Source: Phyllosticta citribraziliensis (Eukaryota). From it: 64,000 bases of DNA. The DNA lies in contig NW_027117339.1 in NCBI RefSeq assembly GCF_038025025.1, forward strand, positions 2,604,001-2,668,000, given 5' to 3'. Shown here one piece after another: positions 1 to 11,529 of this stretch (positions are counted from its first letter, which is position 1; each line of letters opens with the position of its first letter). The position numbers were made by a program, and so were the translations under genes. The notes under the pieces are model-generated. The model did no database searches, was not told the origin of the DNA, and was given only the letters and a program-made list of their open reading frames with translations.

Positions 1-173
1 TGGTCAAAGCCGTCAGAGCGGGATCTATATCTTGGGAGCCAGGGTAGCTTTCCTCAGCGCATAAGGACTCCCCACACTAAGTCTCTTTTAAAACCCGGCT
101 CTCTGTCAACCTCAACACCTTTCACTCTTCCTCTCAACCTTCTCCAAATCCACACTTCTTCAAATCATCCATC

Positions 174-1371
174 ATGTCTACCGACTACAAGTTCGAGGGA
201 TGGTGCGGTCTTGACCCCAAGGCCGCCGAGGGTAACATGGTCTGGCAGGAGTACGAGCCCAAGCCGTTCTCCGAGGACGACGTCGACATTCAGATTTCCC
301 ACTGCGGTATCTGCGGCAGGTAAGCTACCCTCTTCAGCATTCGAGCTGCTGCATTGGACTTGGAATTGACGCACTGCAGTGACATCCACTCCCTCCGCTC
401 CGGCTGGGGCGAGACCCCATACCCTTGCGTCGTTGGCCACGAAATCGTCGGCAAGGCCGTCCGCGTTGGAAAGAACGTCAAGCACATCAAGGAGGGCTCT
501 CGCGTTGGTGTCGGTGCTCAGGCATCTTCTTGCTTGAAACCCGACTGCGAGGCATGCGCTGATGGCGAGGTCAGTATCCCACCACACGTCTGAAAGTGGT
601 CTTGTTGTTAACATGTAGCAGGAGAACCACTGCCCCAACACGGTCGGTACCTACTGTTCCAAGTACCCCGACGGAAGCAAGTCCTACGGTGGTTACGCCA
701 ACTACAATCGCACGCCATCCCACTTCGTCCTCAACATCCCTGAGTCCATTTCCTCGGCCGACGCGGCGCCCATGCTGTGCGGCGGTATCACCGTCTACTC
801 TCCCCTGAAGCGTGAGGGTTGCGGTCCGGGCAAGAAGGTTGGCATTGTTGGTCTTGGTGGTCTTGGACACTTTGGTGTTCTGTTTGCCAAGGCTCTGGGT
901 GCTGAGAAGGTCGTCGTCATCTCCCGTACCTCTGGCAAGAAGGCCGACGCGGAGAAGATGGGTGCCGACGGTTTCATTGCTACGGACGAGGACAAGGACT
1001 GGGCCTCCACCAACGCCAACAGCCTTGACCTGATCGTCTCGACCGTCTCTTCGCCGAAGCTGCCTCTCATGGGCTACTTGACGCTGCTCCGCAGGAAGGG
1101 TGTCTTCATCCAGGTCGGTGCTCCCGAGGACGCTCTGCCTCAGTTCAACGCCTTCGCCCTGATTGCCAAGGGCTGTAAGATTGGTGGCTCCCTCATTGGT
1201 CCCCCCTCCGAGATTCAGGAGATGCTGGAGCTCGCTGCCGAGAGGAAGATCAAGCCCTGGATTCAGGAGCGTCCGCTTGACGATGCCAACCAGGCCGTCG
1301 TCGACATGGAGGATGGCAAGGCCAGGTACCGGTACGTCCTGGTCAACCAGAAGGTTGCTGGTAAGCAGTAA
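174..1371 (+). CDS. NADP-dependent zinc alcohol dehydrogenase (ADH6/ADH7, cinnamyl-alcohol dehydrogenase family), 3 exons
   Basis: ATG at 174; introns ~320-379 and ~570-621. Motifs CGICGSDIH, GHEIVG, structural Zn Cys cluster, APMLCGGITVYSPL, GLGGLGH, and C-terminal GKARYRYVL. Confidence 0.93.
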
Positions 1372-1775
1372 ATCATCAACGACCCAAAAACCATGACGAA
1401 CGAGACCTAGGGCGTATGGAGAATTCAAAGCTCTGAAGAGAGATAAAATAGATTAACGATTGCGAATTTCCAACATGCCTTCTCATGAGTGCTCCGGTGA
1501 ATTACGTGCTTGCTGTGACGACCCTTCACACAGCGAATTGACGTCAATTTATGGCCGGGTAATATCGTGACAGGCTCGCTTATGCAGATCGTGAGGGGTA
1601 CTTCGCGTACCTGACGGGAACGGAAGGTCGAGAATCATTTGTTGGAGCATCAATTTGTCCGCCAGGCTCTATACGATGCATCCCGGGGATTGGCACCAGC
1701 ATACAAATACGCCGCCATGACTCTGACGGCAGCCGCTGTGGTCATCCAAGGGAACCTCCGGACAGCCAAAAAATC

Positions 1776-4607
1776 ATGCAGCGGCCTTTACTGACTTACT
1801 TGCTTTTTTCTACCATTGGCGCGGCCGAAGACCCCTTCCGGCCATACCCGCTCCCTGATGCACATCTCGCGACGACTTCGTTCCTGGACCACGCGGGCTT
1901 TCTCTCAGGCTTCGATGACGCGCAGTGGTACCTGGACAACATACCCTTCGTCGACTTCCCCGACCAGTCTCTCCAGGATGTTTATTACTACCGTGCCAGC
2001 GTCATCAAGAGACACTTGAAATATGCTCACGAGAACCATGGGTTCATGTTCACCGAGTTCATCCATCCGGTCACGTGGGGTGCAGTCACCATTTCCTTGA
2101 TCAAGACCGCCTTCACACTGCTGCTGCTGAGAAATCCTTTGTTGACTTGCATTGTTCAGCGTCAAAACTTCAAACCATCCCAGACAGCGCCGGTCACCAC
2201 ATTTTGGAATCGCGCTGGCTACGAGATCCGAACTACGCTAAAGATCTGATACTCGCGTACACGCGCGGAGGGATAGAAGCGCTTTCTGGCATCTCGTATA
2301 CACACTACGTGCAGCATGCGGCGCTTGAACACGCCCAGACGACGGGGGACACGGCCTTCCTGACGGCACAGCTCGAAGGGATGGTAGCGACCTTTAACCT
2401 CTGGGACGCCCAATTCGACAACACGACAGGGCTATACCACCGCACGCCGCTTAGCGACGCCCAGGAGTACTCACTGCCCGGATATGTTGTGGGCGGGCCC
2501 AACGGCGGACCCGTCGAGCAGTGGAACGACGCCGAAAACGACTTCAACACCATCTTTGTGGGTCCCGAGACGTACCGGCCCTCACACAATGCCTACATGA
2601 TTGCCAATGCGCGGGCCATTGCTGCCGTCGCCCGTCTGGCCGGCAACGTCAGTCTGGCACAACAGTGGAGCGTTCGTGCGGCGACGCTGGAGCAAAATAT
2701 GCGCAATCTGCTCTGGGACGACGAGCTTCAGTTCTGGATCGACGTCATCTACGGCTCCAACACGCCGGCCGTCGGCCGTCAGCTCATTGGCTACTTTCCC
2801 TACCGGTTTGAAATCTTTGCGTCGACGTCGTCCAACTCTTCATCACCCTCTGCCGCAGAGATCAAGGGCCTCGAGGCTGGATTGTCTCCTGAGGTGTTTT
2901 TGACGGAGTTTGGCCCTACGACGCTCGAGCAGAGCAATCCGTATTACACGGCGCTGAAGAATTCAACTATTTGTTGCGTGTGGAATGGGCAGAGTTGGCC
3001 CTTTTCGACTGGTGTCTACTTGGGTACGCTTGCGAGGATTGCGCGGGCGAACTTGAGCGACATTATTACCAAAGACTTTTGGATAAGTGAGTTTGAGAAG
3101 TACGTTAGGACAAACTACCGCGACGGCGTGCCGTATACTGCGGAGAGCCATTAGTAAGTTTGTTTTTCTTGCTGGATAGGGGTAACTGTTGACGGTTTGT
3201 GAAGTCCAACACTCGACCAATGGAGCGGCGATCACGCTAAGTAAGTTTTTTCCTCTTTGTGGACTTTCCAGGAGTACTGACTGGACCAAGCCACTCTGAA
3301 CACTATCTCCATTCCACCTTCTTCGATAACATCTTTACCAACTTGCTTGGGATAATTACTACGCTCGATGATCGCCTTGAGCTGCGTCCGCTTGTTCCAG
3401 ACAACTGGACTCACTTTGCGGTCGAGAATCTTCCGTATCACGGTCGGCACCCATCTCATGCTTCCCTTGATTAGTAGACTGAAAAATAACAGGCTCGCTC
3501 CTCACCCTCCTCTGGGACAGCGATGGCACGCACTACAGCAGCAACCACAGCGCCGGGCTCTCCATCTACCAAAACGGCGCCCTTATACACACGCAGCCCA
3601 CACTGACACCGCTAAACCTGACGCTCACCAACTCGACGCTCGCGGTGCGCACCCTCGCGGCAGCGCCGCGCTACGCCAACGTCCTCGCCAACCCCAACAC
3701 CCCGTGGTCTCTGCCCTCTGTCACCGCTGACTACGAGCTCAACCCGGACGGCAACCTCATCTCGATGCCGGCCTGGAAGCTCAACGACGGGCTGCTGTGG
3801 TACGACGATGTGCCCGACAACCGGTGGACCAACAACCAAAGCACGACGCCCTTCAACACGCTGACCGTCACGCTGCCGCGCGCCCGCAGCCTGCCGTCCA
3901 TCTCACTCGCCGTCTATGCCGACGCCAACAAGAAGGGCGGCTTGCGCGGCGGCGGCGTCATGGCGTGTCCGGCCCGCGTCGTCGTCAAAGACGCTCGCTC
4001 GGGTGCCGTGCTCGCTGAGCGCGGCGATGCTGATGGCGGCGACGGTTCGTGGCCTGCTTGCATCCCCAACGCGCTCAACACGATTGCCTTTGACGCCGGC
4101 GCCACGACGACGGACCTCCTGACCGTCACGCTGTGGAATCAGCTACACTACGCCGTCGCGCTGTCCGAGGTGCAGCTATGGGTGCCCGAGGCCTCTCCTG
4201 ACGAAGGAGAGACGCAGACGACGACGCGCTATGAAGTCGAAGATGGCCTCGTCGGCGCCTTCGTCGGCTCCTTCCAGGGCACCGCATACGGCATCAACGG
4301 CACCGTGACCACCCTCAGCAACGCGACTGGTGTGGCGCTCCGTACAGACGGCTGGGTCGAAGTAGCCGGCGTGACTAGCCCCTCTGCAGACGCCGCTGGC
4401 ACGGGCGGCACGCTGAGCATCGTCGGGGCTGGGCCGGGCGCAGTGCGCGTGAGGCTGAATTGGGTCGGCGAGGGACAGGTTGTGCTGTGGGACGGCGACG
4501 GCGTCGTCGAGCAGTCGCTCGGTGTGCAGTTGGCGCCAGACCGCAATTTCGTGACCATCTTTTGGGAGGAGGGCACGCCGTGGGTTGATGCTTTGGTTAT
4601 AGGGTAG
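1776..4607 (+). CDS. Secreted six-hairpin glycosidase-like protein (GH63/MGH1-like catalytic domain plus C-terminal beta-rich modules), about 5 exons
   Basis: Signal-peptide-like N-terminus; NIPFVDFPD..LQDVYYYR, ETYRPSHNAY, WNGQSWPF, SEHYLHSTF. ORF pieces 1776-2080, 2160-3153, ~3290-3442 and ~3493-4607 are joined by short introns. Confidence 0.75.
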
Positions 4608-5026
4608 GTTTCCGGCAGGTGGGGCAAGGAGTTACCAGTCTCTTGATTGCTAGGCTGTTCGGTAGAAAGGTCAGTTGCTTGGCTGATGGGCTGATGGTAA
4701 GGAGCCCGAGACGTCCTGGATAGTCGGGTTGATGTGACACCAGATGGACAAAGAGATTCTCGGATCGTAAGTTTGAAGTTTCGAGCACTAGCTCGATTGC
4801 CGCAATTCCCACTTTTTTGTGTGCCTAATTGATCAACCTACATACCTGACCGGGCCCCATTGTAACGCCGGTCTAAGCAAGACCAGCCTGCTTTTGAATG
4901 GCATTCTATCAACAGCAGCAGCAAGCTCTTGATTCGTCATCCATCTCTTTAACACTGGAGTTCAACCGTTCAACCTCCCCCTGCTCATTAAGCTTACAAG
5001 CAACACTTCTCAAAGCCCTTCAGCCC

Positions 5027-7225
5027 CTACTTGACAGTAATGAAGCCGCATCCACGCATCAACTTCTTCTGGGCCTGCCTAAGCGCCTGGTCCTCCGTGT
5101 CGGTCCACTTGACGTCAATCTCGTCCCACTTCTTGATCTGGTATTCCTTGCGGAACTGGCGCTTCATGGCCTGGAGGCGGTTGCTGTCGTGCGGGTCGCC
5201 GGTGCCGCTGTACACGATGAGCGCGGTGCAAGGCGGCAGGTTGTCGTAAATGTGCTTGAGGTTTGCCGCAGTGCGCGACACGGCTGTGGCGAGGACGGCT
5301 GCGGAGGGCTGCTGCTGCTCCGCCTCCGCCTCAGCCGTCTCTCCATTGCTGGTCTTGTTCTTGCCTTCGGCGTCGTCTCCATTCTCATTCGTCATCCCGT
5401 TGTTCGCCATGGCTCTCTGGCGCAGCGGCTCAACTGCAGGCGCCTTGCCAGCTTGCCACCAGCCCCGAACGGCCTCGAGCTCGCGCATCCGTGCCCACAC
5501 AAAATCGCATCCCTTGACGGGCACGCCCGGTGGGTCGTCGTCGAAACGGTCCGGACCATTGACAGCCTTGACCACATTCTTTGCGACGTCATGATCCGTC
5601 TCGCAGCCAAAGACAACCTGTGCCGAGCTGCCGTAGCCACGTCTTGGGTCGCCCCAATCCACCAGCGCGCCGACCCGGTGCTCTTCGGCGCCCGTCACCG
5701 ACTGAGTCTTGGTCCTGACGCAGCGAGCGAGACGCTTGAAGATGGACTCCACGTTGGCGTCGCTGGTGCCCCATTTGGGACCCTTTTCGCATTTTAGCTT
5801 GACGAGATCGAGCACCGCTCGTGCGTCTTCGACGCTGTCGTGGCCTGAGCTACCGTGTCCTTGCTGGATGGAGCGTGAAAGGTATTTTTGGGTAAGCCAC
5901 TTGAGAGACGATTTGAGCGGTGCACCGCGTGGGTGCGGGTACAGGAAGGCCGTGTCGACAACGAAGGGGTGGGTTATCTTGAGGGCGTTGAGGTCGGAGT
6001 TGAGGGAGTGACCCATCAAGATTGTCTGCGGAGTCACAATCTCGAGGAGACGTTTCTGGATGTCGGGAAGGGTGGTGGTGACGTTGCGCAGCATCTCTTC
6101 GGTGATTCCAGAGAACTGCGTCAGGTAGTCCTCAATGGGCTCGTCCGGCTTGACCAGCTCGTCCATCGCCACATTGCCGTCCCAGTTGACAACGCTGACG
6201 CGAGTAAGCACGTATTTGTTGTTGGCAGCGCGACACATTTCGCAATCCATGGAGAGTATCTTCCGGCCGGCGGTCAGGCTTCCTTGTTGAATGTCCTTGT
6301 CTGGCACGTCACCATCTTCCATCTTTTCCACTCGAGTGTCAACCCATCCCTCCGCTGCTGTGTGTCCGTCCAACTCTCGCTTGCTGAGAGCGATTTCTTT
6401 CTCTTCGGCAGTGGGATACATGGCAGGGTGGATGGTCCACTCCATGGGCACATCCTCGAGCATTTCATCTAGTGTCACCAGGTATTTCGTGATTGGTGTG
6501 CGCACGTTTTGCACTTTTGTGGTCTCTTTCTTTTCGTTCTTCTGGTCCTTGCTTTTGGGGAGTGGCGTGTTCAACATGGTTTCTAGTGGCGATTGCACCT
6601 TGCCGTATTTCTCATCGCCTGAAGCTTTGATGGGCCAGATGTGCGGAAACATGTCTGCAAAGGCTTTCAAAGGCTCTGGCAGCTTCTCAGACTCAAGTCG
6701 GACAGGATAGTACTCGTCAGGTGAAATAGACAAATGCTGTTTACTACTGTGCTGAGCTACAGTCTCTGGCTGAGCACGCTCCGCTTGGTCTCCAGTCGTG
6801 TGTGCCTCGTCCTGTTGTGCACCTGCATCCAGCGCAATGTCTCCGGTGAACAGGCCAGCTTCGAGCCCAGGCACCATCACCGCGACCACTTTTCTGATGT
6901 GCTTGACATTTTCCACTGCAACCCAGTTCGGGGCGGGGACTTCGTCGAGAATGTAGAGAGCGAGGCGCTGGAGGTCGGACAATTTGACGGTCGATTGGAG
7001 GCGCGCATTGGGCGAATGCTTGATCGAGGGATACTTGTGGGACTCTGACTTGGGAACCTTCTTCCTCTTCTTGGACGACTTGCTCTGGGCGACCTGCCAG
7101 CCATCTTGACCTTCATCTGCCGAGCGCTGCTGGTCCGATTGCGCAGGCGCGTCGTCCTCGGCTAGCTCTTCGATTTTGCGCTTTTGGCCAGCTTGGACGG
7201 TCGCGGCTTCAGGAGGGTGATCCAT
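5027..7225 (-). CDS. REX1: RNA exonuclease 1 (DEDDh family, Rex1/Rnh70-like)
   Basis: Single long ORF with likely start MDHPPEA; Exo motifs SMDCEM, GHSLNSDL, HPFVVDTA, LKWLTQKYL, GHDSVEDARA. Confidence 0.9.
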   Translation of the reverse strand: MDHPPEAATVQAGQKRKIEELAEDDAPAQSDQQRSADEGQDGWQVAQSKSSKKRKKVPKSESHKYPSIKHSPNARLQSTVKLSDLQRLALYILDEVPAPNWVAVENVKHIRKVVAVMVPGLEAGLFTGDIALDAGAQQDEAHTTGDQAERAQPETVAQHSSKQHLSISPDEYYPVRLESEKLPEPLKAFADMFPHIWPIKASGDEKYGKVQSPLETMLNTPLPKSKDQKNEKKETTKVQNVRTPITKYLVTLDEMLEDVPMEWTIHPAMYPTAEEKEIALSKRELDGHTAAEGWVDTRVEKMEDGDVPDKDIQQGSLTAGRKILSMDCEMCRAANNKYVLTRVSVVNWDGNVAMDELVKPDEPIEDYLTQFSGITEEMLRNVTTTLPDIQKRLLEIVTPQTILMGHSLNSDLNALKITHPFVVDTAFLYPHPRGAPLKSSLKWLTQKYLSRSIQQGHGSSGHDSVEDARAVLDLVKLKCEKGPKWGTSDANVESIFKRLARCVRTKTQSVTGAEEHRVGALVDWGDPRRGYGSSAQVVFGCETDHDVAKNVVKAVNGPDRFDDDPPGVPVKGCDFVWARMRELEAVRGWWQAGKAPAVEPLRQRAMANNGMTNENGDDAEGKNKTSNGETAEAEAEQQQPSAAVLATAVSRTAANLKHIYDNLPPCTALIVYSGTGDPHDSNRLQAMKRQFRKEYQIKKWDEIDVKWTDTEDQALRQAQKKLMRGCGFITVK

Positions 7226-7520
7226 GGTGTCGGATCGACTGGCAAAGCAGGAAAATTCCGGTGAAGCGGTGATGGTGATGGATGATGTCAAAAACACAGC
7301 CCAGCAGGCGCGCGCGAGATCCATGGGCATAATGGCAGAATTCCCGCTTACACTTTTTGATGATCCGTGCGTCACCGCCTTCGCTAGGTGGTCGGCCATG
7401 TCCCATCATGAGGACAAACCAGAGTGCTCTACAGGCAAACGACATGGAGACAGGTCAAAATATTTTGGCTACTGCACATGGAGTTGATCTGATCCGATGA
7501 GCGTAGAGTTTCGCATTCCT

Positions 7521-9090
7521 TTATCCCAGCATTCCATGGTCGCCCAGAATTTTGATAGCTTCCAAAGCAATCTCCGCCTCCCGCTGTTGTTCCTGTTCGA
7601 TCATTCTCTCACGCAAAGTCAACCTCTTCGCCTCCTTCTTGGTGCCCTGCTTTGGCATTGGATTTTGAGCGGGTTTGCGAGCTGGGGGAGCGACCTTGAT
7701 TGGACGCTTTGCAGAAGATTCCTCTACCGGCGGCGCGTCGCTATCACTGTCCCCATCGGAGGAGCTGTCCGAATCCGTTTCGGTCGAGGAGTCTGAGGAA
7801 TCCGATGAGATGACACTTGATTCGGCTTCGCTGTCCTGCTCGTCATCTTCGCTATCATAGCCAACAAGATTGGCCTTGGATGCGTTTTGTGTCTCTGAGT
7901 CTCTGGTCCCCAAATCTGCGACAGCCTCCGCAGGCGATTCGGGAGGTTTGCTCTTCGCCTTTGCTGAGGCGGTCCCGTTAAGCTTGGCTTCTGCTTTCTC
8001 AAGCTTCTTCCGTAGCTTCTCGGCCTTTGCGAGATGCTTCTCCATGGCCACTCTGTCATGATCGTCCCGTTTGCGCTTTTTTCCCGGGGCCTCCCTGGCT
8101 TTGTGCTTGTTGTCCTTGTCAAAATTCGCCTCGGCGTTCCGTCTCTTCTCTTCCCGAGCTTTGCGCAGCTCTTCTTCCGCCTTTTGCTTCTCCAGAGCTC
8201 TGGCTCTTGTTGGCCATCGTTTTTTGCGTTCTGCAATCCAGGCAGCTATGTCTGCACTTGTTTTCAACGTCGAAGAGCGACCTTTGTATTCGAATTGAAG
8301 CCTGTACGGGTCAGCGAAGGACGGTTGTGTCAAGGAGAGATACTCACACTCCAGACGAAAACTTGTCCTCTTCGTCAATATCCTCCTCTTCGCTGTCCTC
8401 ATGAACATCGCTGCGTGGTGTAAGGCCAAGCTGATTAAACTTGCGCTTCTTTTTATTATTGTTCGAGACTTGTTCAACGTGTGCGTCTGCAGTTGCGGTG
8501 GGCAGTTGAAAAGCAAAACTCGGCACCGCAGGCGCAGCTGCAACTTTGGGCTTGGAAGCGGCCTTTGGCTTTGGAATGGGTGGAGGACGACTCGCGGGTT
8601 GATTGGACCGAAAACTGTCATTTACTGGGTTACTGGCGATTACATTCGTGTTAGGCGGAAAACTTGTTTGCTGTTGGGCAGTAGCAGGATTCCAAGACGG
8701 GACAGCAGGACTAGAATTGACGCAGTTTGTATAGGCATAGGCGAACGCTGGATTTATGTATCCACCAGTGGGCAGCGGGCTGTGATTGACGAGAGGACCA
8801 TTGGAGGGAAATGGCTGGTGTCGCTGCGGGCTTGAAGGCAATGCATGGCCGCTGCGCTGATTCTGAGCTTGAAAGCCACCCGTCATGGAAGCATGATGAT
8901 TATTTCTGGGGCCATGGCCGCCGCGATTGTTGGACCCTCGCCCTCGCCCTCGACCCCTGCCTCTGTCCGCCGCGCCTCTGGCCGAGCGGTACCCTTGCCC
9001 TCCGGATTGTGCATTTGTGCCGGGATCGCCATCTTGGGATGCTGCTCGGGGCGGAGGCGGCGGTGGAGGAGGAAAAGAAAAGCCCTTCAT
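7521..9090 (-). CDS. NUFIP1/Rsa1-like box C/D snoRNP assembly factor domain protein, 2 exons
   Basis: Start MKGFSFPPPPPP; RGG-rich N-terminus; KKRKFNQLGLTP; intron ~8302-8347; then YKGRSSTLKTSADIAAWIAERKKRWPT, the NUFIP1-type motif. Confidence 0.75.
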
Positions 9091-9444
9091 GAGAGACTTT
9101 GGATGGTAGGCCCAAGAGCTCGGAGAGTGAACAGCTGAGCGTGAAATGTGCAGGTGGTGTCGTCGCGAAAAAGTGCGGAAGTGACGCGGGGGACGGGACG
9201 CGCAACCGAAAGGCGGTGAGGCCTTTTTGCCAGCCAAATATTTCACGTGACTGGTCGCGTCGACGAATTTCCGTCTTTGGGGCATCTTCCATTTCTTCCT
9301 CAACAAGAGCAACATGCTCCCGCTCAATGTGATTGTGTCACTGCCCAGGCTTTGCATGTGATCCACCCGACTGCGCCCTGCCATCCGCTTCCCATTTCGC
9401 TCGTTGAACTCGACCGACGCAATCTCTCGCGTGCGACCTCGACC

Positions 9445-10373
9445 ATGTTTTTGACGGTACGGAAAGATTCTACGGCCACGGCTGCACGCCAGACTCACTT
9501 TCCATAGACGACAATTTCGGACTTGATCCAGATCAAGCCAGAGGAGTTTGAGAAGTCGAGCATCAAAGCCATCAAGGATGCCATCCACTCGAAATATGCG
9601 AACAAGGTACGTGGGTCCGAACAAGTCCAAATGAGCTACTGACGCGGTGAACAGGTCATACAGGAGGTCGGCTTGTGCATTTGCCTCCGCGACATTCTCA
9701 AATCGTCCGAGGGCCTCATTGGTCACGGCACTGGCATCGTAAACGTCAATGGTGCGTGTCTCCAAAGCTTCTGATTCGTCAAGACCTGGCTGATCGATCA
9801 AAGTCGACTTTCGACTTGTAGTGTTTCGTCCCTTCAAGGGCGAGATCATCGAGGGCAGGATCACCGACTCCAGTGCTCAAGGCATCAAGAGTAAGACAGA
9901 GTGTTCAAACGTAAGGGCTTCTGGTTAACCGCATTGCAGTCGCGCTAGACTTTTTCGACGATATATTCGTGCCCGGTCCTGTCAATCTCTTCGAGGGAGT
10001 CAACTAGTACGTTTCTCGACCGGTGAAGTTCTGGCCTTTATGTCGTGTTGACAATCTTGCGCTAATGCGACCTGCATCTCCCCAGCGTCGGAAAGGAAGA
10101 AGTCTGGGTCTGGACAACAGAGAATGGAGACGAGCTCTTCTTTGACATGGAAGAAACCGTACGCTTTCGCGTAGAGGCTGAGATTTGGACCGATCAGTCG
10201 CCACAAGCGCCAACAACAGACGACACCCAAATTGAGAGGAAATCGCCATACAGCATCATTGTAAGTCAACAAAAGGATTATATCTCATCGGTTATTGACT
10301 CTGTCAGGGATCAATGCAGCAAGCAGGTCTTGGCCCTACTCTGTGGTGGGAGGAGGGAGCTGAAGAAGAATGA
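9445..10373 (+). CDS. RPC25: RNA polymerase III subunit Rpc25 (Rpb7-like), multi-exon
   Basis: Spliced translation MFLT/TTISDLIQI..KYANK/VIQEVGLCICL..G.IGHGTG/VDFRLVVFRPFKGEII/..LDFFDDIFVP/..FDMEETVRFRVEAE/GSMQQAGLGPTLWW. Confidence 0.92.
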
Positions 10374-11211
10374 GTGGCTCGAAGCTACTTCAGCAACAAA
10401 AGTTTCCGGCGGTTGTTCAAAATCCGAAACAAAGGGCTGCAGCTTGGGTTGCAAGCCTCTCCTGTCAAACTGCAGGTCAAGACGTCCAAAAAGGCCAACC
10501 GGAGCTGCTGCAAGACGAATATCGGTGCCAGGCCACGCATCCGCCACGACCGACAAGGCATGCTCATTTCGAGGACTTGAACAGCCATTGCTTGGGGGGG
10601 ATCGGGCAGACCTTTGCCGTCTACGAGGAAAATGCAGTACGACTCTTGCAACTGTCGTACGATTGAGCTCGCATACGAGCTGCGTAACCGGGTCGATTTT
10701 TTCTTCCCGCCGTCGAACGATCCCGAGTCCGAGTCTTTGATGCAGCCTGAAAAGTGGGAAGGCGCTGCTAGACGTTTGACCAGTCAATTGAGGAGCTCTC
10801 CTGACCTGCTCGAGGAGTTTCATGGGAGAGTCGATTTTACCGTAGCGCACAGACGAGACTGGAAAGGCAAAGGATAAACTAATGATGTCATTCAAGTTCT
10901 TCCGTATGGACGCCTTTCTTCGACCAGTCTGATTGCCAATCCGTCCAGCCAGACATCAGAGGAATTTCCAAAGCCAAACACCATGTGTTCCGTGCTGACT
11001 TTGACCCAATTACTTTTTGGAAAGTGCCAGACTGAAAAGGGGAATAAATAAAGAAGAAAATCAAGGCCCCGTTCGCGCCATGCCCCGTCCAGCTGCTTCT
11101 AACGCTGCAGCCCCACGTATGACCGTTTTTTGAACACCCTCTGGACCCAGAAATGAAAAGAAAGCCCTGTGGTTTGTCCAGATTAGCCGATGATTTGCAG
11201 CTGTGTGAGTG

Positions 11212-11529
11212 TCAGGAACTTACCAGAACATGACCACTAGTTGACCGGGGTGCCGCACTGAGGACAGCACTTGCCAGGGATGACCCAGACGACTTCGCCT
11301 TTGGCCAGGCAGGCAGGGCACTTCCTTCCAGGAACCTAGAGATATGGCGATCAGTCGTGACCACGGCACGGGAGTGGAGAGAAGTTACAGGAAGGCTGAT
11401 GATTGGGATCTCGGAGCGAGTCTCGTCAGGGTCAAAGAAGGGCATCTCTTCGCCAGGAAGGAGAGCTGGGAGTTGCTCGATTCCAAGACGCTCCAGAATC
11501 TGCTGGCGGTGGATGTTGTTGAAAGACAT
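11212..11529 (-). CDS. Small hypothetical protein (105 aa)
   Basis: Good Kozak context (CACAATGTCT), a pyrimidine/CA-rich leader like those of genuine genes in this window, and a TATATAA box near 11663-11669 on the minus strand. No recognisable domain. Confidence 0.4.
   Translation of the reverse strand: MSFNNIHRQQILERLGIEQLPALLPGEEMPFFDPDETRSEIPIISLPVTSLHSRAVVTTDRHISRFLEGSALPAWPKAKSSGSSLASAVLSAAPRSTSGHVLVSS

Noticed and set aside
8344..9864. 506-aa ORF as a single protein
   Set aside because: The upstream part is antisense to RPC25 and spans the bidirectional promoter; the plausible start is the ATG at 9090.
10400..10880. Possible gene fragment downstream of RPC25 (..IELAYELRNRVDFFFPP..)
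   Set aside because: Short, interrupted by stops, no recognisable domain or clear start; cannot be supported.
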